Shown here piece by piece: positions 8,044 to 16,502 of a stretch of DNA of 64,000 nt. This stretch comes from Elusimicrobia bacterium HGW-Elusimicrobia-1 (GTDB lineage: Bacteria > Elusimicrobiota > Endomicrobiia > PHAN01). Location of the stretch: assembly GCA_002841695.1 (NCBI GenBank), contig PHAN01000003.1, positions 164,849-228,848 of the forward strand, in the 5' to 3' direction. The notes below the pieces were generated by a model. The model was not told the origin of the DNA. It saw nothing but the letters and a program-made list of their open reading frames with translations, and searched no databases. Position 1 is the stretch's first letter. Each line of letters opens with the position of its first letter. A program made the translations under genes and the position numbers.

Positions 8044-8736
8044 ATTAAACCCGGCGATGTAATTTCTTATCAAACTATGTGTCAGGAAGAAAAATTTAGT
8101 TTACAAAAAGGTATGAATTATCACCTCGCACCTGGCTATAGTGTCATTTTGATGAGCACACAAACTGGTGCGCCATATTCAGATCGCGTCGAGGGTAATG
8201 GTAAAACGCTTATTTATGAGGGGCATGACATCCCTAAAACCAAAGGGGTCGATGATCCGAAAAAATATGATCAGCCTATGAAAAATCCAAGCGGGTCATT
8301 GACGCAAAATGGAATGTTTTTTAAGGCGGCTGGCGAGTATAAAAAGAACGCCAAAAGTCCAGAACTCGTTAAGGTTTATGAAAAAATCAGGCCTGGTATT
8401 TGGGCATACAATGGATTGTTTGAGCTTCAAGATGCTTGGATGGAAAGTGATGGCCGCCGTGACGTGTTTAAGTTTAAATTGGCAATCACGGACGAATCAC
8501 TAAGTGAAAAGAATGCTGAGCAGTCAGATATTGATCATACTCGTATAATTCCGTCGGAAGTCAAGCGTATAGTTTGGGCACGTGATAAGGGTAAGTGTGT
8601 CGAGTGTGGTGCGGTCGATAATCTTCATTTTGACCATATTATTCCTTACAGTAAAGGTGGCTCTTCGCGCGACGCAGAAAATATCCAACTTCTTTGCGCG
8701 AGACATAATTTGGCAAAGAGGGATAGGATTGGATAA
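8041..8736 (+). CDS. SRA-like domain + HNH endonuclease (putative modification-dependent type IV restriction nuclease)
   Basis: C-terminal HNH ('CVECGAVDNLHFDHIIPYSKGG...NIQLLCARHN'). The N-terminus 'GDVISYQTM...HLAPGYSVILMS...LIYEGHD...DQ...N' resembles the SRA/YDG base-flipping pattern (G.H..GI...A.SIVLSG...YTGSGG). Confidence 0.55.
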   Translation: MIKPGDVISYQTMCQEEKFSLQKGMNYHLAPGYSVILMSTQTGAPYSDRVEGNGKTLIYEGHDIPKTKGVDDPKKYDQPMKNPSGSLTQNGMFFKAAGEYKKNAKSPELVKVYEKIRPGIWAYNGLFELQDAWMESDGRRDVFKFKLAITDESLSEKNAEQSDIDHTRIIPSEVKRIVWARDKGKCVECGAVDNLHFDHIIPYSKGGSSRDAENIQLLCARHNLAKRDRIG

Positions 8737-8752
8737 TATCAGAGGGCTTGCT

Positions 8753-9151
8753 ATGAATATTTCCGAGTTTATTAGGTTCGACAATCTTGTTTTGTTGCCA
8801 GCTTTGCTGGCTGTATTGAAGAAGTTTTATGACGCGGCTTTGAGGTATCAGACGTATCATTTCAAGGAATATTTTCTGGTCCCCACGCGTTTCGAGCGGT
8901 GGCTTATGCATGTTGGATTGCTCGGCATGTGTTTTTGTATCTGTTTTTCGTTTACTGCAAAGAGTATTCTTGTGTTGCGTGAGTATATGTGGTTTATCCA
9001 ATTTATTTGCGTTTGTGCGCTTAATGTTGCTGTTATAAGTTGTTCTGTGATGCCTCCGCTTAGGGCTGGCAAAAGTGAATTTAAAATAATTTACAGTCGC
9101 AATATTCTGAGGGGTAAATATTATAATAAAAATGGGGGACTGTTTTTCTGA
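8753..9151 (+). CDS. hypothetical small hydrophobic protein (AT-rich)
   Basis: Hydrophobic segments (LLPALLAVL, GLLGMCFCICFSF). The track ORF starts at 8582 inside the HNH gene; the ATG at 8753 follows 'agaggg'. A competing antisense ORF exists. Confidence 0.3.
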   Translation: MNISEFIRFDNLVLLPALLAVLKKFYDAALRYQTYHFKEYFLVPTRFERWLMHVGLLGMCFCICFSFTAKSILVLREYMWFIQFICVCALNVAVISCSVMPPLRAGKSEFKIIYSRNILRGKYYNKNGGLFF

Positions 9152-9247
9152 GAGAGTGGGGGGGGAGACGCTAAACCACAACCCACGGCTCGGTTTTGTA
9201 ACTGTGGTGTTGTCGCTTGAATCGGGGCTGTTGAATGTGGAGGCAAT

Positions 9248-9784
9248 ATGTCAAAAAAGCAAATCGTAAAATCATCCCGCCCACCGGTTTTCGCCGCAAT
9301 AGATTTTGAAACTGCCGACTATTGGCACGACAGCGCGTGCTCTGTGGCTGTAGTGCGGGTGGAAGACAATAAGATTGTCGAGCGCGTCCATCACTACATC
9401 CGCCCCCCGCGCCAGGAATTTGTTTTTACGCACGTGCACGGTATCACGTGGGAAGATGTGGTCGATGCTCCCAAATTCTCTCAGATATGGCCCGACTTGC
9501 ACAAAGTAATTTCAGGCGTTGAGTTTCTTGCGGCGCACAACGCCCCTTTTGATCGTGCGGTGCTCGATAAATGTTGTAGTAAGGCGAATTTTAAACTGCC
9601 CGATGTTCCGTTTCAATGCACTATGCGTCTTGCCAGAGAGATTTGGGGGCTAAGGCCGACTAAATTATCCGATGTCTGCGCGCATTTAGACATACCGTTG
9701 CAACATCATAACGCTAAATCTGATGCCGAGGCGTGCGCAAAGATTGTGATCGCAGCCATGAAAGCAGGCGCGTCTTTGTCTTAG
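9248..9784 (+). CDS. DEDDh 3'-5' exonuclease (DnaQ/epsilon-like)
   Basis: Exo I 'AIDFETAD', Exo II 'HNAPFDRAVL' and Exo III 'HNAKSDAEACAKI' motifs. RBS 'ggagg' upstream. Confidence 0.7.
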   Translation: MSKKQIVKSSRPPVFAAIDFETADYWHDSACSVAVVRVEDNKIVERVHHYIRPPRQEFVFTHVHGITWEDVVDAPKFSQIWPDLHKVISGVEFLAAHNAPFDRAVLDKCCSKANFKLPDVPFQCTMRLAREIWGLRPTKLSDVCAHLDIPLQHHNAKSDAEACAKIVIAAMKAGASLS

Positions 9785-9832
9785 TAGATTTTTTGGGGGG
9801 CGGGTATTTTTGAAGGGAACAATCCTAAAAAC

Positions 9833-10288
9833 TCAACCTATCAGCCACGCCTCGCCGGTGGGTTTGCGGGGCTGGCGCTTGAAACCTTTCGTAGATTTTA
9901 CGGAGAGTTTTACTTTTGATTCGGCTTTCTGAGAAAATCCTTCGGTGTGAGATGATACCATCGCCTCGAACGCGTTTATCACGGCGAGGCGTTTTTTATC
10001 GTTCAGACGTTCAAGTCGTCGCCACATGGCCAGCCATCGCGTCAGACCCGGTTTGGGCGGATTCGGTAAATATCCTTCTTCATCGCCGGCAAATACTCCG
10101 AAGTCCGCGTTCAACGCCCGTGCCATTTTTGCTACCGTCACAATCGACGGCTTTTTGACGCCGCGCTCGACGTCGCTTATAAACTTCGCCGAAACGCCCG
10201 ACGCTTCGGATAGTTTTTCTTGAGTGATTCCGGCCTCTTCTCTCCGTGCTCTGAGCGTTTGCGCCACGTTTTTGTAGATTTTTTCCAT
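9833..10288 (-). CDS. XRE-family HTH transcriptional regulator
   Basis: 'LRARREEAGITQEKLSEASGVSAKFISDVERGVKKPSIVTVAKMARAL' is a classic Cro/C1 HTH. Confidence 0.7.
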   Translation of the reverse strand: MEKIYKNVAQTLRARREEAGITQEKLSEASGVSAKFISDVERGVKKPSIVTVAKMARALNADFGVFAGDEEGYLPNPPKPGLTRWLAMWRRLERLNDKKRLAVINAFEAMVSSHTEGFSQKAESKVKLSVKSTKGFKRQPRKPTGEAWLIG

Positions 10289-10464
10289 AAGTCAAATCCC
10301 GCCTTTGCGCTCGCCTTGCGGTTCACGCTTTAGGGCGATTATTTTACAATATCCCCGCCGCGTCACACTACCACCTAAAAGGCGTATTAAATATCGCCTT
10401 ATGGCTTGACTTTGCCCTCTTGATTTTCTATAATCTACGTAAATCCAGCAAGGGAGGGAAAGTC

Positions 10465-10884
10465 ATGAAAAAAGTTTTTACCCCATTGGTTTTGTTGATA
10501 CTTGTAGGTTTTATCGGATGCGCCACTGCCCCCGTCTGGCGGCCGCTTTTCCCGCCCGAATATAAAGTAAGCAAGGATTTTGACAAGGTTTGGCCCAAAA
10601 TAGTCGCCGCTATTTCGGAAGATTTCGATATTGCAATACTGGAAAAAGAATCTGGATACCTACAAACTAACTGGAAGGAAAAACGAGGTTTTCTCGGAGC
10701 CAAGGAAACAAGAACAAGGGTTTCCGTCAGGACTCAGAAGAAAACTGCCCCGCTTGAGATTGATGTCCGTGCCGAGAAACAGGGTTGGGAATCGTGGACG
10801 GAACAATGGATAGATAAGGGCAATGACGTTGACCTCGAAGAAAAAGTGCGTAATGCTGTTGCGCGGAAATTGATGGGCGACTGA
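10465..10884 (+). CDS. lipoprotein, unknown function
   Basis: 'MKKVFTPLVLLILVGFIGC' has a signal peptide and lipobox Cys. RBS 'gggaggg'. The track ORF starts earlier, at 10420. Confidence 0.5.
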   Translation: MKKVFTPLVLLILVGFIGCATAPVWRPLFPPEYKVSKDFDKVWPKIVAAISEDFDIAILEKESGYLQTNWKEKRGFLGAKETRTRVSVRTQKKTAPLEIDVRAEKQGWESWTEQWIDKGNDVDLEEKVRNAVARKLMGD

Positions 10885-10897
10885 TTTTAGGGGATTT

Positions 10898-13624
10898 ATG
10901 AAGAATGTAAAACATTTTCTTGTCGCCGTGGCGGTAGGGCTCACTATTTTTGCACCTCTTCGCGCCCAGCAAAAAGCCCCGCCACAAAACCTCGAAACAA
11001 AACCCATCGAATACGTTCCTGACGAGATACTTGTTATCTATAAACCCAACGCTTCGGAAAATCAAATATCTTCAATGCTTTCATCTAAGGGGTCGCTTGC
11101 CACCGGGGAGTTTTTTGCCACTCACGAGAAGAAGCGTAAAGTCAGAAGGATTAAAATAAAAAAAGGCAAGACGATTGCCGAGAGCGTCGCGGATTTCAGG
11201 AAAAATCCTCTCGTAGAACATGCTCAGCCGAACTACATTTATTATTTGAACGCAGTCCCAAACGACACTTCGTTTAATCAGCTTTGGGGGCTTAAGAACA
11301 CGGGGCAAACGGTCGACGGAACAGCCGGTACGGCGGATGCCGATATAGACGCCGATTATGCCTGGGATATAACGACGGGCACGACCGCCGTGGTGGTTGC
11401 GGTGATTGATTCGGGTATAGCGGCGGCCAATCCCGACTTGTCAGCGAACATTTGGGCCGGGAGTGGTTATGATTTTTTCGATGACGATTCGGATGCCACT
11501 GACTACAACACTCACGGAACGCATGTCGCGGGAACCATAGGCGCTGTGGGCAATAACTCAAGCGGAATAACCGGCGTTAACTGGCGCACAAAGATAATGC
11601 CCATAAAAGTTTTTGGCGTTTCGGGGAGCGGCTCCAAGAGTGATACGCTGATTAAGGGCATCAATCATGCTGTTTCCGGCGGGGCAAAAATAATAAATGC
11701 AAGTTTAAGCGGGTATGGCGGCTACGACGGAGATTTGACATATCAGGCAATACAGGCGGCGAAAAATGCCGGAGTTTTATTTGTCGCGGCAGCCGGAAAT
11801 GACGCCGACAACAACGATACCAAACCGAAATATCCGGCTTCTTACAACTTATCAAATATAATTTCTGTGGCCGCGACCGACCAGAACGATAATCTGGCGT
11901 CTTTTTCAAACTATGGGGCAACCAAAGTCCACCTTGCTGCGCCCGGCGTAAACATATACAGCACAGTGGCCATTTATGACGAGGGTTCATCAACTGTATA
12001 TAGCACGGGTTTTGACGGGGATTATACCGGAGATTGGTACACTAAAGGCACAAACAATACTTGGAGTATAAACAGTGAGCAGAGGGTTTCGTTACCTAAC
12101 AGTTTACAAGACAGCCTTGGCGGAAATTACACCGATAATCTGGTGTCTACACAGACCTTTGCTTACTGCAATACGCCCATCACTTACACCAAGGACAGTA
12201 AATACTTTTTGAACTTCAAAGTTAGATATGACCTTGAGAATAATTATGACTTTCTTGACATAATTGTTTCTGTTGATAAAACCAACTGGTTGCCGCTTTA
12301 TCTGTTCACGGGAAACAGTAATGACAGAAGAACGGGATCATCAGGCGGTGTTTTTTCACAGGCATCTATAGATATAACATCTTTGGTTGAAGTATATGGA
12401 GTGCGTTATTTCGGTTTCGGCATTTCATCCGACTCCTCATATAATTACGACGGGGTTTATATAGATGATGTTAGTGTTGTCCGTAAGCCACTAAGCATAA
12501 ACTCTTATTCTCTTGCTTACAAAGACGGCACCTCGATGGCCGCGCCGCATGTGGCCGGAGCGGCGGCACTTGTGTTGGCATCCAATCCAAACTTAAGTGT
12601 CGAACAATTGCGCGCAGTGTTACTCGGTGGCGTCGAACAGAAAGCGTCTTTGAGCGGTAAGGTTTCGACGGGAGGGCGTCTGAATGTATTTAAGGTGATG
12701 TCTATACCCGTTGCTCCGTCGGGAGTGGCGGGCGCGGCGCTTTCTACATCCTCAATACGATGGACTTGGAACGATAACTCCGTCAATGAGAAAAAATTCA
12801 TAGTCAAAAATGCGGCGGGGGGAACCTTGGTAGAGGTTTCGTCTAATATTGTGCAGTGGGTTCAGGGAGGACTGTCCCCGAATACGTCTGCCAGTGTGTC
12901 TATAGCGGCATACAACGACGCGATATCCGACTACAGCGAGTCATTCTGGTATCAGTGGTCATCATTGCTTTCCGGTCAGGTCTACACCCTCGCCAACCCG
13001 CCTGTGCAACCAGCCGTTTCCTCCGCTTCCAAAGCGGGCGGTATTGCGCTTTCATGGGGCGCCAACGGGAATCCCTCGCAGACCCGCTGGCCGATACAAA
13101 GAGCAAAAAACGACGGCGATTTTTCAACTATCGTCGACTCCGACGATGCACTTACGGATATAACCTATACCGACCATGCTATAACAGGCGGCTCTACTTA
13201 TTATTATCGCATAGCCGCGCTGAACGGTGATACCGTTGCGTCATCTTTTGCCTTGACAGTTTCCACGTATATCTCCACGCAAGATCCTACGAACCCGTCG
13301 GAGGAACCGACACTTGCTCGCGGCGAGGCCGGGGTGCAGTATGTGAGCGCAGGCGTCGATAGGGGATATTTTAATCCGTCTGCCGGTGAAAAAGTAAATA
13401 TTTATTTCGTGCCTGCTGTCGACGGCGTCGTTAAGATAAGCATTACGCCTCTCGACGGAAGCGCGGCCTATACCGAGGAAAAAAATGTTTCTGCGGGCCG
13501 CTCCGCTTTCTTTGAGTGGCGCGGGACGTTTCACGGAGGAAGAACGGCGACAAGCGGAATATATCCTGCCTTTATTGAAGGCGCGGGAATCAGGAAAATA
13601 AAAAAGATATGCGTGATTCGATAA
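10898..13624 (+). CDS. subtilisin-like S8 serine peptidase with Fn3/Ig-like repeats and a T9SS-type (Por_Secre_tail/FlgD-Ig-like) C-terminal domain
   Basis: Catalytic triad motifs 'VAVIDSGI', 'HGTHVAGTIGA' and 'GTSMAAPHVAGAAALV'. N-terminal signal peptide. C-terminal 'GEKVNIYFVPAVDGVVKISITPLDGS...SGIYPAFIEGAGIRKIKKICVIR' resembles a type-A T9SS sorting domain. Confidence 0.75.
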   Translation: MKNVKHFLVAVAVGLTIFAPLRAQQKAPPQNLETKPIEYVPDEILVIYKPNASENQISSMLSSKGSLATGEFFATHEKKRKVRRIKIKKGKTIAESVADFRKNPLVEHAQPNYIYYLNAVPNDTSFNQLWGLKNTGQTVDGTAGTADADIDADYAWDITTGTTAVVVAVIDSGIAAANPDLSANIWAGSGYDFFDDDSDATDYNTHGTHVAGTIGAVGNNSSGITGVNWRTKIMPIKVFGVSGSGSKSDTLIKGINHAVSGGAKIINASLSGYGGYDGDLTYQAIQAAKNAGVLFVAAAGNDADNNDTKPKYPASYNLSNIISVAATDQNDNLASFSNYGATKVHLAAPGVNIYSTVAIYDEGSSTVYSTGFDGDYTGDWYTKGTNNTWSINSEQRVSLPNSLQDSLGGNYTDNLVSTQTFAYCNTPITYTKDSKYFLNFKVRYDLENNYDFLDIIVSVDKTNWLPLYLFTGNSNDRRTGSSGGVFSQASIDITSLVEVYGVRYFGFGISSDSSYNYDGVYIDDVSVVRKPLSINSYSLAYKDGTSMAAPHVAGAAALVLASNPNLSVEQLRAVLLGGVEQKASLSGKVSTGGRLNVFKVMSIPVAPSGVAGAALSTSSIRWTWNDNSVNEKKFIVKNAAGGTLVEVSSNIVQWVQGGLSPNTSASVSIAAYNDAISDYSESFWYQWSSLLSGQVYTLANPPVQPAVSSASKAGGIALSWGANGNPSQTRWPIQRAKNDGDFSTIVDSDDALTDITYTDHAITGGSTYYYRIAALNGDTVASSFALTVSTYISTQDPTNPSEEPTLARGEAGVQYVSAGVDRGYFNPSAGEKVNIYFVPAVDGVVKISITPLDGSAAYTEEKNVSAGRSAFFEWRGTFHGGRTATSGIYPAFIEGAGIRKIKKICVIR

Positions 13625-14544
13625 ATAATTTAAGAGTATTCACAAACAGATGGGCCATGTCGGCGGCAGTTGTATCCGCGCTTTTTTTTGCCGCCGGAAT
13701 TTGCCGGGCCGAAATACTACTTACAAAACCGCCGTCGGCCCGCCTTGCCGCAAGCGAGGTCTTCGCAGCCACCGACGGACTTCCGTCGTCTCTGCTCGTT
13801 AACCCGGCGATGATAGCCGTTTCAGATTACTCGCTCGAAACCTCGGTATCAAGAGGTTTTATGGGCGACGACGCATATTATTACGCGGGTGCGGTTAAAA
13901 ACTTTCAAAGAAAAGTCGACCAAAAGAACTTTGGCGATATCCGCGCGGGCATTTTCGTCGGTCACTATGATGGCGGTCCGCTTGAGTTTTATGACAGTTT
14001 GGGTCGTGCCCGTACGGTGAAAGCGCAAAGCGATTATATGGCCGCCATCGGCGTTAGCGCCGTGCGCGGCGAGGGCTCTATCGGAGCGGGCGTCAAGATT
14101 TATTCTTCTCGTCTCGCCGACTATGCCGCTGCCTCCGCGATTGCTTTTGATATAGGCACTATTTCCCGCGACCCGAAGAGTGATTTTTTTGTGGGGTTTG
14201 CCGTGAAAAATATCGGCTCGTCGATGAAATACATCACCGAGGAAGAAAAACTTCCTCTGACTGCGGCCTGTATCATCGGCGCGGCCGGGAAAAATTATAC
14301 TGCCGGCGTTAACATCCCATATAACGTGCGCGACGCGATACTTTCGCCAGAGGCGGGTGTTGAGGCGATTATCGACGGGACTTTTTTTCTTCGCGGCGGA
14401 TACAAAAGCAGTGCCGTCGAGACTTTCGCCGTAGGTTTTGGGCTTAATCTTGCCGCGCGTTCGCTCAGACTCGACTACACTATGGGCATAAACAAGATTT
14501 TTGAAAATACACACAGCATCTCGATTTCTTATTCGCCACGTTGA
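13609..14544 (+). CDS. outer-membrane beta-barrel protein, PorP/SprF-like (NPA motif)
   Basis: Signal peptide 'MSAAVVSALFFAAGICRA', then 'SSLLVNPAMIAVSD' resembling the PorP/SprF N-terminal 'NPAxAG' motif, followed by alternating beta-strand sequence. An alternative start lies at 13657. Confidence 0.4.
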   Translation: MRDSINNLRVFTNRWAMSAAVVSALFFAAGICRAEILLTKPPSARLAASEVFAATDGLPSSLLVNPAMIAVSDYSLETSVSRGFMGDDAYYYAGAVKNFQRKVDQKNFGDIRAGIFVGHYDGGPLEFYDSLGRARTVKAQSDYMAAIGVSAVRGEGSIGAGVKIYSSRLADYAAASAIAFDIGTISRDPKSDFFVGFAVKNIGSSMKYITEEEKLPLTAACIIGAAGKNYTAGVNIPYNVRDAILSPEAGVEAIIDGTFFLRGGYKSSAVETFAVGFGLNLAARSLRLDYTMGINKIFENTHSISISYSPR

Positions 14545-14579
14545 CAAAACGTGCAAGATTGTGTTTTGCATGGCACCGC

Positions 14580-14608
14580 TTGACACGCCCCGACCAGATT
14601 TGTAGAAT
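14580..14608 (+). promoter_or_regulatory. sigma70 promoter TTGACA-17-TGn-TAGAAT
   Basis: ttgaca at 14580-14585, 17-nt spacer, tgtagaat at 14601-14608. It drives a ~110-nt unit ending at the 14690-14727 terminator. Confidence 0.5.
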
Positions 14609-14689
14609 TATCTCGTATGAAGTAAATGGTCATGCGGGGGTTGGATGAAAGTTTGTATGCTTTCGGGGAAAAACGGTTCAAAAAAATGA

Positions 14690-14727
14690 CAGCCCGTGCG
14701 GCTTTCTGCCGCCGCGGGCTTTTTTGG
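14690..14727 (+). terminator. rho-independent terminator (4th copy of the leader hairpin family)
   Basis: AGCCCGTGCGGC-TTTCT-GCCGCCGCGGGCT followed by TTTTTT. Sequence-similar to the hairpins at 4740-4778 and 8002-8040. Confidence 0.6.
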
Positions 14728-14827
14728 TTTACGGTTGAACCATGATTGGTTGGAGTATTGCACGGAAAGTAGCAGTTCGTCTTTGCTGCTTACGCGGATA
14801 GTATAGTATTTGTGTGGTGGTAATGGA

Positions 14828-15289
14828 ATGATAACAGCAGAATCAAAATTACGCGTTGCTGTAAAAACCCTTCAGAGTGCTAGAAAAAAACTCCACGCCG
14901 ATTTCCCAGAATGGAATTTCACTCTCGACGGCAAGCTTATTGGTGACATTGGCGAAGCATACGCAAAAGCACATTTTAGCCTTGTAAAAATAGATAGTAA
15001 TAGTAAAGCTCACGACTTTAAGGCGCCCGACGGACGTCTTGTACAGGTCAAAATTACCCAAAAAAAGACATTGGGACTGGGGATCTCTGCTCCTACCTTC
15101 GACTATTTTATAGCTCTTTGCTTGAGTGAAAATGGAGATTTCCAAGTCGTTTACAATGGCAAAGGTTCTAGAGTGTATAAGCGTAAAGGGCACCCCCCGA
15201 AAAAATCCATTTCTGTAATAAAACTGAAAGAATTAAATAAGCAGGTGGATAAATCGGAAACAATTCCCAGTAAGCAGAACACCAAATAA
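14828..15289 (+). CDS. small PD-(D/E)xK-like nuclease-fold protein (cargo gene A)
   Basis: 'GDIGEAYAKAHF' is a helix with a conserved Glu; 'AHDFKAPDGRLVQVKI' gives D...QVK, a PD-(D/E/Q)xK-like arrangement. Alternative start at 14810. Confidence 0.3.
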   Translation: MITAESKLRVAVKTLQSARKKLHADFPEWNFTLDGKLIGDIGEAYAKAHFSLVKIDSNSKAHDFKAPDGRLVQVKITQKKTLGLGISAPTFDYFIALCLSENGDFQVVYNGKGSRVYKRKGHPPKKSISVIKLKELNKQVDKSETIPSKQNTK

Positions 15290-15426
15290 GTAAATGTACC
15301 GGATACTCGTTCCTCGTGACGATGGTTATTGTATCAAGTGTCTATGAAAATAACTCTAAAGGTTATCGGAGATATGCTTGTATCTTTAATTTAGTTTGTG
15401 GCCGCGAACGATAACTATGTATTCAC

Positions 15427-16404
15427 ATGATGGCAATAATAACCATGCCGACTGATGAAGAGCTGGAGCAAGCAAATAGATTTCGCACCTATCTGAACTA
15501 TCTCAGTGCAATTTCTGATTTTCTCGGAGATGTTTACGCTCACCCGGAAAGTATTATCAGTCCGATAGTACAGACATCAGTATTCCAATCAATCCAAGGC
15601 GGGCGTAGCATAGACACCGGAAGAATGGCTGAGCTATTACGCAACGCGTGGTTCACAGAGATTCAAATGAGAATTTCTGCTCAGTATGATGAATTCGTTT
15701 CTTACTCCAACCATTGGATACCCGTTCAAGCTTATTACGCAAGCTATTTGGCCCTCCGCGCCTATTTCAATGCAAGCGGACAAACTGTTGGACGAGAGCA
15801 TGGTTCAAATCTTAAGGCGATTGCCGAGGAAATTAGTCGCCGACCGCTTTTATACCCTCAACCTTGGCGTGTGGTTTGTGCCGGTAATCCTGAAACTTCA
15901 GATTGTCAACTGCGCCATCTCCCGAATGATGTCACCGTCTCTCCAATTTCAAGTCTCATGTCAAGTTGGCGAGTTTCATTTTGGGATTCTTATGCTAAGT
16001 TTTTAAGAACTACACGCCTGCGCCATTTGCAAAAGCAATGCGATGATTGGAAGGAATCTAACAATCGCAAGCGTGTCTGCTCGAATGTCAAACGACGATT
16101 CATAGATAATTTATCTCCGACAACACTGTTCCATTGCCTTTATCGTTTACGTTTGCGCTCAAACTATTCCGATGCTGACTCGTTCCTTCTGTCTGTTGCC
16201 GGTTCTGCCGATGGTATATCTTTTCATGCCGCCTTGCGGAAAATTTGTTGGGGCACGCTCTTGATATTGGAAACTCTCACTGCCCGATATATCGGTAAGC
16301 TTGAATTTGAAAATATTGTCAATAGTTTCAGACGCTATGAACGTAGTGCGGTCTCTGATGAATTAATTGGCCTTCGATGGGAGAAGGTTCGTTCTCTGTG
16401 GTGA
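15427..16404 (+). CDS. hypothetical protein (cargo gene B), no recognisable motif
   Basis: 325-aa ORF in the AT-rich island with no identifiable domain. Confidence 0.4.
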   Translation: MMAIITMPTDEELEQANRFRTYLNYLSAISDFLGDVYAHPESIISPIVQTSVFQSIQGGRSIDTGRMAELLRNAWFTEIQMRISAQYDEFVSYSNHWIPVQAYYASYLALRAYFNASGQTVGREHGSNLKAIAEEISRRPLLYPQPWRVVCAGNPETSDCQLRHLPNDVTVSPISSLMSSWRVSFWDSYAKFLRTTRLRHLQKQCDDWKESNNRKRVCSNVKRRFIDNLSPTTLFHCLYRLRLRSNYSDADSFLLSVAGSADGISFHAALRKICWGTLLILETLTARYIGKLEFENIVNSFRRYERSAVSDELIGLRWEKVRSLW

Positions 16405-16502
16405 GATTTGCGCGTGCCGAGACCATTTAGAACTAAAGTTGTAATGATCAGGGTAAAGGTTATTGGGAACGCGATAGTAAACAAAGGAGGGTGATTACTA
16501 TT

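Noticed and set aside
8639-9181. 180-aa minus-strand ORF in the AT-rich stretch after the HNH gene
   Set aside because: It competes with a plus-strand hydrophobic mini-ORF that has an RBS-like site. Neither is strongly supported. The minus ORF lacks an RBS and has low-complexity Lys/Asn-rich composition, as expected from AT-rich DNA.
9130-9250. Looked for a second tRNA or att repeat matching the tRNA-Ser 3' end near the HNH/exonuclease junction, and scanned 14545-14810
   Set aside because: By eye, no segment matches 'ggttcgaatcc' or the acceptor stem. Island boundaries therefore cannot be assigned from direct repeats without a computational search.
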